Assembly: GCA_012729395.1 (NCBI GenBank)
Contig: JAAYDF010000097.1
Span: 4,487 to 68,486 of the forward strand
DNA length: 64,000 bases
Source of the DNA: Phycisphaerae bacterium
Lineage (GTDB): Bacteria; Planctomycetota; Phycisphaerae; UBA1845; PWPN01
Direction: 5' to 3'
Positions 1-8,485 of this stretch are shown here, piece by piece. The notes under the pieces are model-generated. The model ran no database searches, was not told the DNA's origin, and saw only the letters and a program-made list of their open reading frames with translations. The position numbers were made by a program, and so were the translations under genes. Positions within the stretch are counted from its first letter, which is position 1. Every line of letters starts with the position of its first letter.

Positions 1-1383
1 GTAGACTCGGGTACGCGTGCTTTGCCAATGGTGCGCTTTGGGGTTCCAACTCCACCAGCCTTGAATGGGGGCGATGTAATACTGGGGGTAGTTGTTTCCG
101 CCCCAGATCATAGCGGCTTCGCATGCGTCGTTGGCGTCGGCGAGGATCTCGTAGGACGGCGCATGCCAGCCGAGGGCAAGCGAGGGAACCTCGATGTAAG
201 CGTGGTTGGAAGGGAGGCGAGGCCAGTTGTGCCACCAGGATGGTCGTACGCGGAGACCCATCGCTCGTGCAGCGGCGGCTTCTTGCGGCAGGGGCAAGAA
301 GGTCCAGAACCACAGGGCTGTCTCCATGCCGGCGACGCCGATGATCTTGCGGTTGAAGTGGTCGTTCGATCCGTCATCCAGCAGTTGGTAGGAGCCCTTC
401 GGTGGGCATATGGCGATGCGCTGCCCGGTGATGCCGTGCTCGCGCCCCAGGTCGAGCACGCGGCGGGTGATCTCCTCGGGCCGCTCGCCGGGGCCCTGGT
501 CGTCGAAGGACAGCCACAGTCCGTCGGCACCGAGTTCGATGAGCTCGCCGAAGGTCTTGATGGCGTCGTCGTATTTGGCCGCGGGAACGCCCACGTTGAC
601 CGTGCCAAAGACGACCATGCCGCGGCGGCGAGCCTCGCGAATCACGCGCTTGATCTGGTCCGTGTTGAGTTCAGAGCCGGGATCGAAGGCGTAAATGCCT
701 TCCCGCAGGTCGATGAAGTTGATGCGGGAAGTCGCCAGCAGATCCATCTCCCCGGGACGCAGGTAGTGGCTGACTTGCGTTTGCGGCCGGCCGCGCCAGG
801 GAATGCTGGGCCAGTCGCGAACGGCGACGCGTGGGAGCGTGATCTTACCGTCGCGAGGAGTCAGCAGTTGAAACAGCGTGTCCTGCCCGTAGATGACGCC
901 GCGGGCGTTGCTTCCGCCGACGAGTACCACGGCTTGGGAGGCACCGGCGGCGGTTCCGGCGGGCCCGTCACCCGGCATCACCTGGATCACATACCCGTCA
1001 TGGCCGGGCGACCGCTCGCTTAGGTCGATGCGCCCCTCGGTGCACAGACGGTCGACCAGTGAGCAGGTCGGGCGGCAGCCCAGTGCGATGACTACCCCCG
1101 TGGTGGGCCGGTCCTTCTCCGTGGTGACGATGGGCCAACTATGCCCGAATCGCTTGGCTACGTCGGCGTGCAGTTTCTCGGCCGCGTAACGCTCGGGCTC
1201 CTCAGCACGCTCGCCGATGACGATAGTGACCTGCCCCTCATCGAGTGTGATGGGCGTGCCGCGCGGCCAAGCGACCTCCTGCGGCGTAGGGCAGAGACGC
1301 GAGCGGGGCGGGGTCTGGCCCGCGACCAGGGCTGTGAGGATCAGCGGAAGAGATAACAGGGCCAGGGATCCGGGGTTGGTCAT
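1..1383 (-). CDS. Secreted GH20/GH84-like (clan GH-K-like) putative hexosaminidase; partial, C-terminus lies beyond the left window edge
   Basis: Not on the ORF track because it runs off the edge. Reverse-strand translation from ATG at 1383-1381 gives MTNPGSLALLSLPLILTALVAGQ (signal peptide) and stays open in frame to position 1 (461 codons). It shares long blocks with the N-terminal ~450 aa of the neighbouring 1400-3943 product: SPGHDGYVI, LVGGSN.RGVIYGQDTLFQLL, RDWPS.PWRGRPQT, IDLREGIYA, GADGLWLSFDD.GPGE, PPKGSYQ, WWHNW. The 22..1023 + ORF is its antisense shadow. Confidence 0.7.
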   Translation of the reverse strand, partial: MTNPGSLALLSLPLILTALVAGQTPPRSRLCPTPQEVAWPRGTPITLDEGQVTIVIGERAEEPERYAAEKLHADVAKRFGHSWPIVTTEKDRPTTGVVIALGCRPTCSLVDRLCTEGRIDLSERSPGHDGYVIQVMPGDGPAGTAAGASQAVVLVGGSNARGVIYGQDTLFQLLTPRDGKITLPRVAVRDWPSIPWRGRPQTQVSHYLRPGEMDLLATSRINFIDLREGIYAFDPGSELNTDQIKRVIREARRRGMVVFGTVNVGVPAAKYDDAIKTFGELIELGADGLWLSFDDQGPGERPEEITRRVLDLGREHGITGQRIAICPPKGSYQLLDDGSNDHFNRKIIGVAGMETALWFWTFLPLPQEAAAARAMGLRVRPSWWHNWPRLPSNHAYIEVPSLALGWHAPSYEILADANDACEAAMIWGGNNYPQYYIAPIQGWWSWNPKAHHWQSTRTRVY

Positions 1384-1399
1384 GAAGAACCTCCTTGGC

Positions 1400-3943
1400 T
1401 TACCGGGTCATTTCCAGTAAGTACATCGGGCTGACGAAGATCATGGCGTCGAGGCCGGGCTCACGTCGGTCCTCGACCCGCAGCCGGAGCGTCAGCACCT
1501 CGATATCCTCGGGTATCGCCGGCAACGGCACCATGAACCACTCACCACGCGTGCGCTGCACGCCGACATCCACTTCCCACAGCAGCATATCATCCCAGAG
1601 CACTTGGAGGTAGCGGTACCCGCCCCAGCGGTTGGGTACGGTTGCGAGCCCCAGCCATTCGCGATTGTGCCCGGCCAAGAAGAAGAGCAGCCCGAGGCTA
1701 TCACGCTGACCGCTGATGGGTAGCTCGACCGGCAACTCAGAGTAGCTGCCGACCGTCCCAGTACCGTCGCGGCCCATCCAGAAGGCGGTGACTTCGCGGG
1801 CTGGAGTGCGATGGATTCCTCCGACCCACTTGCCCCAGAACTGCTCGTGCTCCATGGGCAGGATTTTGGCCAAAACGCGGTTCTGCTGGGCGGCTCCGCC
1901 GGTGCCCCAACGCAGAGGCGGGCTGTCTACACCCTCCAGCATGCGGTCTACGACGTACACATAGTAGCTGAACTCCGCGATCTTGGGATCGATCATAGCT
2001 CGCCGCGCGGCCATCATCTCTTGCCATTGTCGGGCGGTCAGCTTCGCACGGCTGGTCCACCAGTTCACATAGGGTTCGGTCAGGGCCAGGTTGGCGTGGG
2101 AGCCGGCGATCTGCTGGACCTCGGCAAGCAGACGATCGCGCACCTCGGCTATCAACCGGTCGGCTTCGTCCAATTGGCCGGCGTGGACCGCGGTCAAGAT
2201 CCGCCGCTGATGCTCGGGCCACCAATCCTCGGGGTACTGGGCCTCGGTGCAGGCCATGCCGGTGCGGACTTCCGTGAGCATGGGATCGAGGTAGACCTGC
2301 CGCATTTGCCCGGGGTCGATGAGTGTCTGCGCGCTGGCCTGCTCGGCAATCCTGGCCTGCAACCGCTCGAGCTGCTTCAGCATGGCCCGGGCGTTGGGTG
2401 CATCCTCGCGTTTCTTGAGCCTGGCGGGGCAGTTGGGCTCCCATTCGTTGGCTTGCCAGGGGAAGCGGAACAGCCTACGCACACGAATCAGCGTGTCGTC
2501 GAACTCCATGGCCGCCGCCACTTGGTCCGGACCAAAGACCAGATCGTAGATTCGGCCGCGGGTCGCATTCCATTCATGCTGTGCGGGATCCCATGCCCAC
2601 CAGCCCATGACCGGCATGAGGTAGTACTGCCCCCAGGAATTACCCCCCCAGGGCATAACCATATCAGTGGTGTCTCCGCCGTCGGCGAGCAGCTCGTAGC
2701 TGGGGCGGTTCCAGCCTTCGCGCATGGCGGGGACCTCCATGTAGGCCCTGCCGGTTGTGGTGATGTGCTTGTCCCGGATGTAGGTGAATCCGCAGAAGGG
2801 CCGCGTCCAGTTGTGCCACCAGCCGAGCCGGGCTTTCAGCCCAATCGATCGGGCCTGGGCGAGGGCCTCAGGCGTCGGTGAACAGGTCCAAGTCCACAGG
2901 GCGTGTTCCATGCCGGGAATGGCCATGATCTTGCGGTTGAAGTCCTTGTTGGATTCGTCGGCGATGGTCTGGTAGGAGCCCTTGGGCGGGTTAATCATGA
3001 TGCGCGGGCCGGTGATGCCGTGTTGACGCCCGAGCTCGAGCGCCTCGAACACAAGTTCCTCCGGCTCTTCGCCCGGCCCCTTGTCGTCGAAAGAGAGCCA
3101 AAGCCCGTCCGCCCCAAGCTGGATGAACTCGCGGTACATGTCCAGGATTGGGTCGTACTGATCGGCGGAGACGCCGCAGTTGACCACCGCGTAGGTGAGC
3201 AGCCCGCGACGCTTGGCCTCGCGGATGACTTGGGAGATCCTTTCCTTGTCCAGGGGTGTGCCGGGGTCGACCGCATAGATGCCTTCTCGCAGGTCGATCC
3301 AGTTGACCCGGGCGGTGAGGTAACAGTCAAGCTCGCCCTCACGGAAGTAGTTGTTCAGCGAAGTTTGCGGCCGGCCTCGCCAGGGCACGCTGGGCCAGTC
3401 GCGGATCGCGGCCCGCGCCAACGCCGGACCGTGCTCGGTACGCTGCAGAAGCTGGAAAAGCGTATCCTGGCCGTAGATCACCCCCCGCGGGTTGCTCCCG
3501 CCGACCAGGATCACAGTGTGCCCGCCCGACTCCGGCATGGCGATCACGTAGCCGTCGTGGCCGGGTGATGATTCGCTCAGCTCGATATGCCCTTCCTGGC
3601 AGATCCTGTCCAGCCATCGGTGCGTACTTCGCTGGCCCAGCAGGATGGCAACTGGAGACTGGGTCTGTGTTGCCTCCTCGCGGATGATAGGCCAAGTCTG
3701 ACCGAAACGTCTCGCGACCATAGACTGTAGCCGTTCGGCGGCATATTGCTCGGGCTCGGTGGCCTTCTCACCCAGGACAATGACAGGAGTCCGACCGGTC
3801 AGCTCAATGGGTGCGACCGGCGACCATTGCACCTGTTTTGGGGGCGGTACCAGCTTCACGGGCGGATCGGCGGCGCGGGCCGACGAGGCCAAGTGTGGAC
3901 CGATCAGGGCAGCCAGTAGACATACAGACCATCGCATACACAT
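1400..3943 (-). CDS. Secreted GH20/GH84-like putative hexosaminidase with a ~430-aa uncharacterised C-terminal extension
   Basis: Long ORF 1400..4054. I place the start at ATG 3943 (or 3937), giving MCMRWSVCLLAALIGPHLASSARA, a signal peptide. The N-terminal domain looks like a GH20b/GH84 N-domain (VIVLGEKATEPEQYAAERLQSMV, GYVI, ILVGGSNPRGVIYGQDTLFQLL), followed by IRDWPSVPWRG and a TIM-barrel-like region. That region carries adjacent Asp-Asp (LWLSFDDKGPGE), resembling the GH84 DD catalytic pair. Family assignment is by motif only. Confidence 0.6.
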   Translation of the reverse strand: MCMRWSVCLLAALIGPHLASSARAADPPVKLVPPPKQVQWSPVAPIELTGRTPVIVLGEKATEPEQYAAERLQSMVARRFGQTWPIIREEATQTQSPVAILLGQRSTHRWLDRICQEGHIELSESSPGHDGYVIAMPESGGHTVILVGGSNPRGVIYGQDTLFQLLQRTEHGPALARAAIRDWPSVPWRGRPQTSLNNYFREGELDCYLTARVNWIDLREGIYAVDPGTPLDKERISQVIREAKRRGLLTYAVVNCGVSADQYDPILDMYREFIQLGADGLWLSFDDKGPGEEPEELVFEALELGRQHGITGPRIMINPPKGSYQTIADESNKDFNRKIMAIPGMEHALWTWTCSPTPEALAQARSIGLKARLGWWHNWTRPFCGFTYIRDKHITTTGRAYMEVPAMREGWNRPSYELLADGGDTTDMVMPWGGNSWGQYYLMPVMGWWAWDPAQHEWNATRGRIYDLVFGPDQVAAAMEFDDTLIRVRRLFRFPWQANEWEPNCPARLKKREDAPNARAMLKQLERLQARIAEQASAQTLIDPGQMRQVYLDPMLTEVRTGMACTEAQYPEDWWPEHQRRILTAVHAGQLDEADRLIAEVRDRLLAEVQQIAGSHANLALTEPYVNWWTSRAKLTARQWQEMMAARRAMIDPKIAEFSYYVYVVDRMLEGVDSPPLRWGTGGAAQQNRVLAKILPMEHEQFWGKWVGGIHRTPAREVTAFWMGRDGTGTVGSYSELPVELPISGQRDSLGLLFFLAGHNREWLGLATVPNRWGGYRYLQVLWDDMLLWEVDVGVQRTRGEWFMVPLPAIPEDIEVLTLRLRVEDRREPGLDAMIFVSPMYLLEMTR

Positions 3944-4318
3944 TGCGACTCTCCCTGTGATAGCCGTGTTTGGGGATGGTAACATCACATCGTTAGGGCC
4001 CAGACGCTTCATGGATGGCACCCTCGAGCCAGAGATCCCGCTGCGGATCCACAACGGAGGCGTCTGCGCGCGTTTCTTGCGTGTTCCGAGGCGTTCCTCG
4101 GTTGCGGTTCACCCTCGCGGCGGACTGACACCGAGCCATCGCCCCCAGCGCGTTGCGGACCGCTTTGGAGCTGGTTTGATGGTAACAGGATATCGTTATC
4201 TGTGTCAACACGCGATGACCTCCGGAGCTGGTTTGGCCGGCGAGCGGCGATGCGTTGCTGCCGTTGAGAGTCCAAGGTAAGAGGGAACCTCTGCTCAATC
4301 GAGCAGTTCAGGCAATCG

Positions 4319-4418
4319 CGTAGCGGTCGTCGCCTCTGGCGACCGACGAACTCGCAAGGAATACGCCGGTCGCCACGGCTTGGCTGAGCTCGCCGAAGTC
4401 GGGGGGCGACCGCGACAG
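4319..4418. repeat. Copy A of a ~100-nt nested-inverted-repeat intergenic element (REP/MITE-like)
   Basis: cgTAGCGGTCGTCGCCtctGGCGACCGACGA...GCCGGTCGCCACGGCTTGGCTGAGCTCGCCGAAGTCGGGGGGCGACCGCGAC aligns along its length with 52343-52446. It also aligns in reverse orientation with 46824-46990. It sits just downstream of the stop codon (4435) of the minus-strand giant gene. Confidence 0.75.
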
Positions 4419-4434
4419 TGGTTCGGGATCACTC

Positions 4435-7400
4435 TTAGTCAGCGCACGTCGGGTCGCCGCTGATGTTCGCACCGGAGACGCAGCCCAGGAAGATCGTCAC
4501 GTCGTCCATGTCGACGTCGTCACCATCGTCCAGCTTCGCGCCGTCGCAAGCGGGATCGTCCTGGCTAATGCCCGGTCCGCTGAGGCAGGCCTGAAGGAGG
4601 GCGAAGTCGTCCAAGTCCACGTCGTCGTCGTTGTCGAGATCGCCGGGCTGGGTCGGCGGTGCGCTGACGGACAACACGGCTTCCGTAGAGGTCACGGCGC
4701 CGCACTCGCCGGTGACGACACAACGATACGCGCCCGCATCGGTCAGCGTGACGTCCGGGATCGTCAGTGTGTCCGCGGTCACACCGACCAAGTGACCGTT
4801 CTCGATCAGGTTGACGCCATCCTTCTGCCACTGATAGCTCAGCGACCCGCCGGTGGCTTGCACGGTGAAGAATGCGGTGGCCCCGATCGGCACTTCCAAG
4901 GGCAGGGGGTGCTGAGTGACGGTGGTGGTGGGCTTGAGACTCAGTGTGGCGGCGTTCGATGTGGTACTTCCGCCGTCGTTGGTCACGACGCAGCGGTAGG
5001 CGGCGACATCATTGGTGTCGGCGTTGGATACCGTCAGGGTGGGGCTGGTTACTCCCGTGTAGTGACCGCCGTTAGTCAGGTTGGCGTCGTTCTTCTGCCA
5101 GCGGTAACTCAGTGAGCCCTCGCCGGTGGCGGTGACGGAGAAGGCGGCTGCCCCGAGCGGGCACACGCTGGTGTCGGCCGGGTGCTGGACGATTGTCGGG
5201 GGCTGCGAGCTAACGGCGACGAGTTGCCATTTGACAGCGTCAGTGCGCAGAGCGGTCGAGCCGGTGCCGGCCGTTGACCCGGTTGTGGTGATGACCACGG
5301 TCCAGGGCTGGTCGGCGGTCAGCGTGTACTGGCCCAGCGAATTCCACCGCGTGGAGTAGCCGGGGTTGGTGTTGTTGTTCTGGTCGACGAATACGTCCGT
5401 TGCCCCGCCGGCGTGGGTGATGATGTGGCGAGCGTTCGCGGGGGTGTTGGTGGAGAGCGGGCCGGTAACGAAGATCTCGTAGGAGCCGGTGGTGCTCGGG
5501 TTGAAGGTGAAGGTTGCGTCCTGGCCGGATGCGCTGATGTAGGCGAGGCGGCTGCCAATGCCGGTGGTGACACCGGGAGCGGTGCTCTTGGCGGAGCTGC
5601 TCGCCCAGCTTCCGATCTCGGAGTAGCTGGCGAAGTTGAGCCCGCCGGAGCGGCTTTCGACGATGAACTCAACGGGGCCGCTTAGCAGGGTCAGATTGGC
5701 GGTGCTGGATGTATCGCTGCCGGCTGGATTGGTCACGACGCACCGGTAGCCGCCCGCGTCACCAGCCTCGACGCTGCTGATCTGGAGGGTTGCGGTGGCA
5801 GCGCCTGAGATTCGCCCGCCGTCCGCCAGGTCGGCATTGTCCTTCTGCCACTTGTAGGACAGGGGGGCATCGCCGGTCGCCTGTATGCTGAAAGTGGCGG
5901 TGGCTCCAGCGGCGACCTGCTGGTTGGCGGGTTGTTGCGTGATGGTCGGTGGGACGGGAGCGCCCGTCACGGTCAGGGTGGCCGCGTCCGACGTGGCCGA
6001 ACCGTATGGATTGGTTACCACGCATCGGTAGTCGGCCGCATCCGCGGGTTCGATACTGGTGATCTGGAGCGTGCTGGTGGAGGCTCCGGAGATACGTCCG
6101 CCGTCGGTCAGGTCGCTGCCGTCTTTCTGCCACTGGTAGGTGAACGGCGAGCTGCCGGAAACCTGCACGGTGAAGGTGGCGGTGGCTCCCGTGGCGACGG
6201 TCTGATCGGCCGGGTGCTCGGTGATGGTCGGTGGCAGTTCGGATGAGCCGCTCACGAGTACCCACTTGACCGCATCGGCACGGAAGATCGATCCGCCGGA
6301 TGACCCGCCGGAATACTGGGTAACCGCATAAGTGGTGCTGCCGTTGAGGGCGTATTCGCCGAGGCTGTTCCACTCGTTGCCGCCGGACAGTTGATCGACG
6401 TAGACCGTGGCTGTTCCTCCGGCGTGCGTGATGGTGTGTTTGGCACTGCTGCACGCGTTGGTGGAGTGGATCCAGGTGGCGAACACCTCATAAGTTCCGG
6501 TGACATCGGGCGTGAAACCGTAGGTGGCGGTGCGGTCGGAGTAACCGAGGGAGGTGTAGAGACTGCCGATGCCCGCGGTGGTATCGGCCGCACTGCTCTT
6601 GGAGGGTGTTTCCACCCAACTGCCAGCCGAGGTGAATTGGTCGTAATTCTGCCCGCCCGCCCGGCACTCGACGATGTAAGTGACCGGGGAGGAGCTGACC
6701 GTGAGCGTACTGGTGTTCGACGTCGCACTGCCGTAGTTGTTGCTGACGACGCAGCGGTAGGTGGCTTGATCAGTGGTGTCGGCCGAGGAGATCTGCAGCG
6801 TGGCCAGGTTGGCGCCGGAGACGCGTCCGCCATTGGTCATGTTGCTGCCGTTCTTCTGCCATTGGTATGCCAGCGGGTCATCGCCCACCGCCTCGACGGT
6901 GAAGGTGGCGGTGGCTCCGAGTGCGACCACTTGGTTGGCCGGGTGCAAGGTGATGAACGGAGCGTTGCCCGAGCCGCCGAGGCCCAAATCGTCGCGGCGC
7001 AGGGAGCCGGCTACCACTTGCACGTTGGCGTGGGCAACCGAAGGGTAACCGGTCTTGCTGGCGATGACGTTGTAACCCGTCCCCTGGCTGGTGGCGGGAA
7101 TGAGTGTGACCACATAGTAGCCGTTGCCGTCGGTGCGGACGGAGCTGAGGCTGCCGACCTGGACAGTGGCGTCATCGATGGGCTGGCCGGTGGTCGCGTC
7201 GGTGACGCGGCCCCAGAGTGTGCCTTCGGTCGCGGTGGCCGGGTATCGCCAGGGCATGGTCGGCGTGGTGGTGGCGGTGGTGAATAGCTGGGTGCCTACG
7301 TAGGGGTACCAGTCCCAGTTGCTGCCGCTGTCGCTTCGGGTGTCACGGTAGCAGTAGGTGCAGATGCCGTCCGCACCGGCATTGCGGGCATACTGCATCT

Positions 7401-8475
7401 GGGCGACGCTCTGGGCGAAGGTGTTGAAGTAGATGGCCGGCCCGACCACCATGTGCCGGGCGTAGCGCCAGGAAATCTGCTTGTTCACCCAGTTGCGGTA
7501 CCAGGTCGGGTAGCTGCTCTCGGCGTAGTAGGTCATCGGGATCGTGGTGTCGACGAAGGCAAGTCGTTGCCATTCTTCCCAGTTCTGGAAAAGGGCCCAC
7601 GAGTTGGACTGCGAGAAGGTTGTGGGCGCGTTTCCCCAGGTAACGACCGCGACCGAGTGGCGCAATGGCTGGCGGGGGTTTGAGATTGCCGCGATCTCCG
7701 CCCGTGTTCGGCGAATGAGCTCGGTGATCCCTCGTCGGCGGAAGTCGCTCCACGGTCCGTAGGTGGTGGCCGGCGTGCCTACGTAGCCGGTGATTCGGCC
7801 GAATCGCTGGAGGCCCGAATTGGCGTACCAGGTACGTGCGGGGTAACCGGCATCGGTCTGCAAATAGCGGCAGTAATCCCAGTGGATGCCGTCGATGGGG
7901 TAGTTGGTCACCAACTCGCGGACGATGCTGACGAGGTAATCCTGAACGTCGGGCGATCCCGGATCGAAGTAGTAGGCTTCGTGCCCATCGCTGCCCAAGG
8001 CGGTCGGCCCGGTGCCCATCATGGATCGGGAGGTCATGATCCACTCGTCATGGGCCTGGAGCGTGGGGTTGCCGGCCGGCGGCCAGGCGATCGTCGCCCG
8101 ATAGGTGACCAGCCAGGGGTGGACCTCGATACCTGCGGCGTGTGCTTTCTGGCAGAGGTAAGACAGCGGATCAATGCCGCCGACAATATCCGGAGCCTTG
8201 GGCACGATGCTCGAGTTCCAGTATGCCCCGTGCCCGGCAGCGGCGTTATCGTGATAGCCGAGAACTTCCGGCAGGATGGCGTTGTACCTGCCTTGAACGG
8301 CCCGGGCGACCAAGTCGTCAATCTGGCTTGTGCTCTTGAATCCGACGCCCCACAGATCCACCCACATGGCCCGGAACTCCGCGGCCTGAACTTGGGTGTG
8401 CCCGCACCAACCTGTCACCACCGCGACTGCGAGCACCGCGGTTGTCCGCCATCCCTTGCGTTGACTCATAACCAT
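4435..8475 (-). CDS. Giant secreted modular protein: GHL10 (DUF187/YngK-like) glycosidase-like domain, CarboxypepD_reg-like domain, 5 Ig (I-set-like) repeats interleaved with 2 golvesin-C-like (Xly CBD-like) modules, acidic Cys-containing dockerin-like tail
   Basis: 1346-aa ORF with signal peptide MVMSQRKGWRTTAVLAVAVVTGWCGHTQVQA. GHL10-like N-domain (EFRAMWVDLWGVGF, NAILPEV, GIHWDYCRY). GTLWGRVTDATTGQPIDDATVQV...TDGNGYYVV matches the carboxypeptidase-regulatory fold. Five ~90-aa repeats carry the pattern P.I..HP....V..GA.A.F.V.A.G...L.YQWQK.G..L...G...G.....L.I......D.G.YRCVV.N..GS..S..A.L.V. Two ~150-aa modules run from (V/E)FIVE.R.GG.N to (R/T)DAVKW. The C-terminus is DLDNDDDVDLDDFALLQACLSG...DDGDDVDMDDVTIFLGCVSG. 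Confidence 0.8.
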   Translation of the reverse strand: MVMSQRKGWRTTAVLAVAVVTGWCGHTQVQAAEFRAMWVDLWGVGFKSTSQIDDLVARAVQGRYNAILPEVLGYHDNAAAGHGAYWNSSIVPKAPDIVGGIDPLSYLCQKAHAAGIEVHPWLVTYRATIAWPPAGNPTLQAHDEWIMTSRSMMGTGPTALGSDGHEAYYFDPGSPDVQDYLVSIVRELVTNYPIDGIHWDYCRYLQTDAGYPARTWYANSGLQRFGRITGYVGTPATTYGPWSDFRRRGITELIRRTRAEIAAISNPRQPLRHSVAVVTWGNAPTTFSQSNSWALFQNWEEWQRLAFVDTTIPMTYYAESSYPTWYRNWVNKQISWRYARHMVVGPAIYFNTFAQSVAQMQYARNAGADGICTYCYRDTRSDSGSNWDWYPYVGTQLFTTATTTPTMPWRYPATATEGTLWGRVTDATTGQPIDDATVQVGSLSSVRTDGNGYYVVTLIPATSQGTGYNVIASKTGYPSVAHANVQVVAGSLRRDDLGLGGSGNAPFITLHPANQVVALGATATFTVEAVGDDPLAYQWQKNGSNMTNGGRVSGANLATLQISSADTTDQATYRCVVSNNYGSATSNTSTLTVSSSPVTYIVECRAGGQNYDQFTSAGSWVETPSKSSAADTTAGIGSLYTSLGYSDRTATYGFTPDVTGTYEVFATWIHSTNACSSAKHTITHAGGTATVYVDQLSGGNEWNSLGEYALNGSTTYAVTQYSGGSSGGSIFRADAVKWVLVSGSSELPPTITEHPADQTVATGATATFTVQVSGSSPFTYQWQKDGSDLTDGGRISGASTSTLQITSIEPADAADYRCVVTNPYGSATSDAATLTVTGAPVPPTITQQPANQQVAAGATATFSIQATGDAPLSYKWQKDNADLADGGRISGAATATLQISSVEAGDAGGYRCVVTNPAGSDTSSTANLTLLSGPVEFIVESRSGGLNFASYSEIGSWASSSAKSTAPGVTTGIGSRLAYISASGQDATFTFNPSTTGSYEIFVTGPLSTNTPANARHIITHAGGATDVFVDQNNNTNPGYSTRWNSLGQYTLTADQPWTVVITTTGSTAGTGSTALRTDAVKWQLVAVSSQPPTIVQHPADTSVCPLGAAAFSVTATGEGSLSYRWQKNDANLTNGGHYTGVTSPTLTVSNADTNDVAAYRCVVTNDGGSTTSNAATLSLKPTTTVTQHPLPLEVPIGATAFFTVQATGGSLSYQWQKDGVNLIENGHLVGVTADTLTIPDVTLTDAGAYRCVVTGECGAVTSTEAVLSVSAPPTQPGDLDNDDDVDLDDFALLQACLSGPGISQDDPACDGAKLDDGDDVDMDDVTIFLGCVSGANISGDPTCAD

Positions 8476-8485
8476 CCCCTTTAGC

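Noticed and set aside
22-1023. 333-aa plus-strand ORF at the left edge
   Set aside because: It is the antisense shadow of the minus-strand GH20/GH84-like gene (1-1383). That gene has a signal peptide, a clear paralog next door and conserved motifs. The plus-frame product is low-complexity (G/A/V/P/R-rich) with no motifs.
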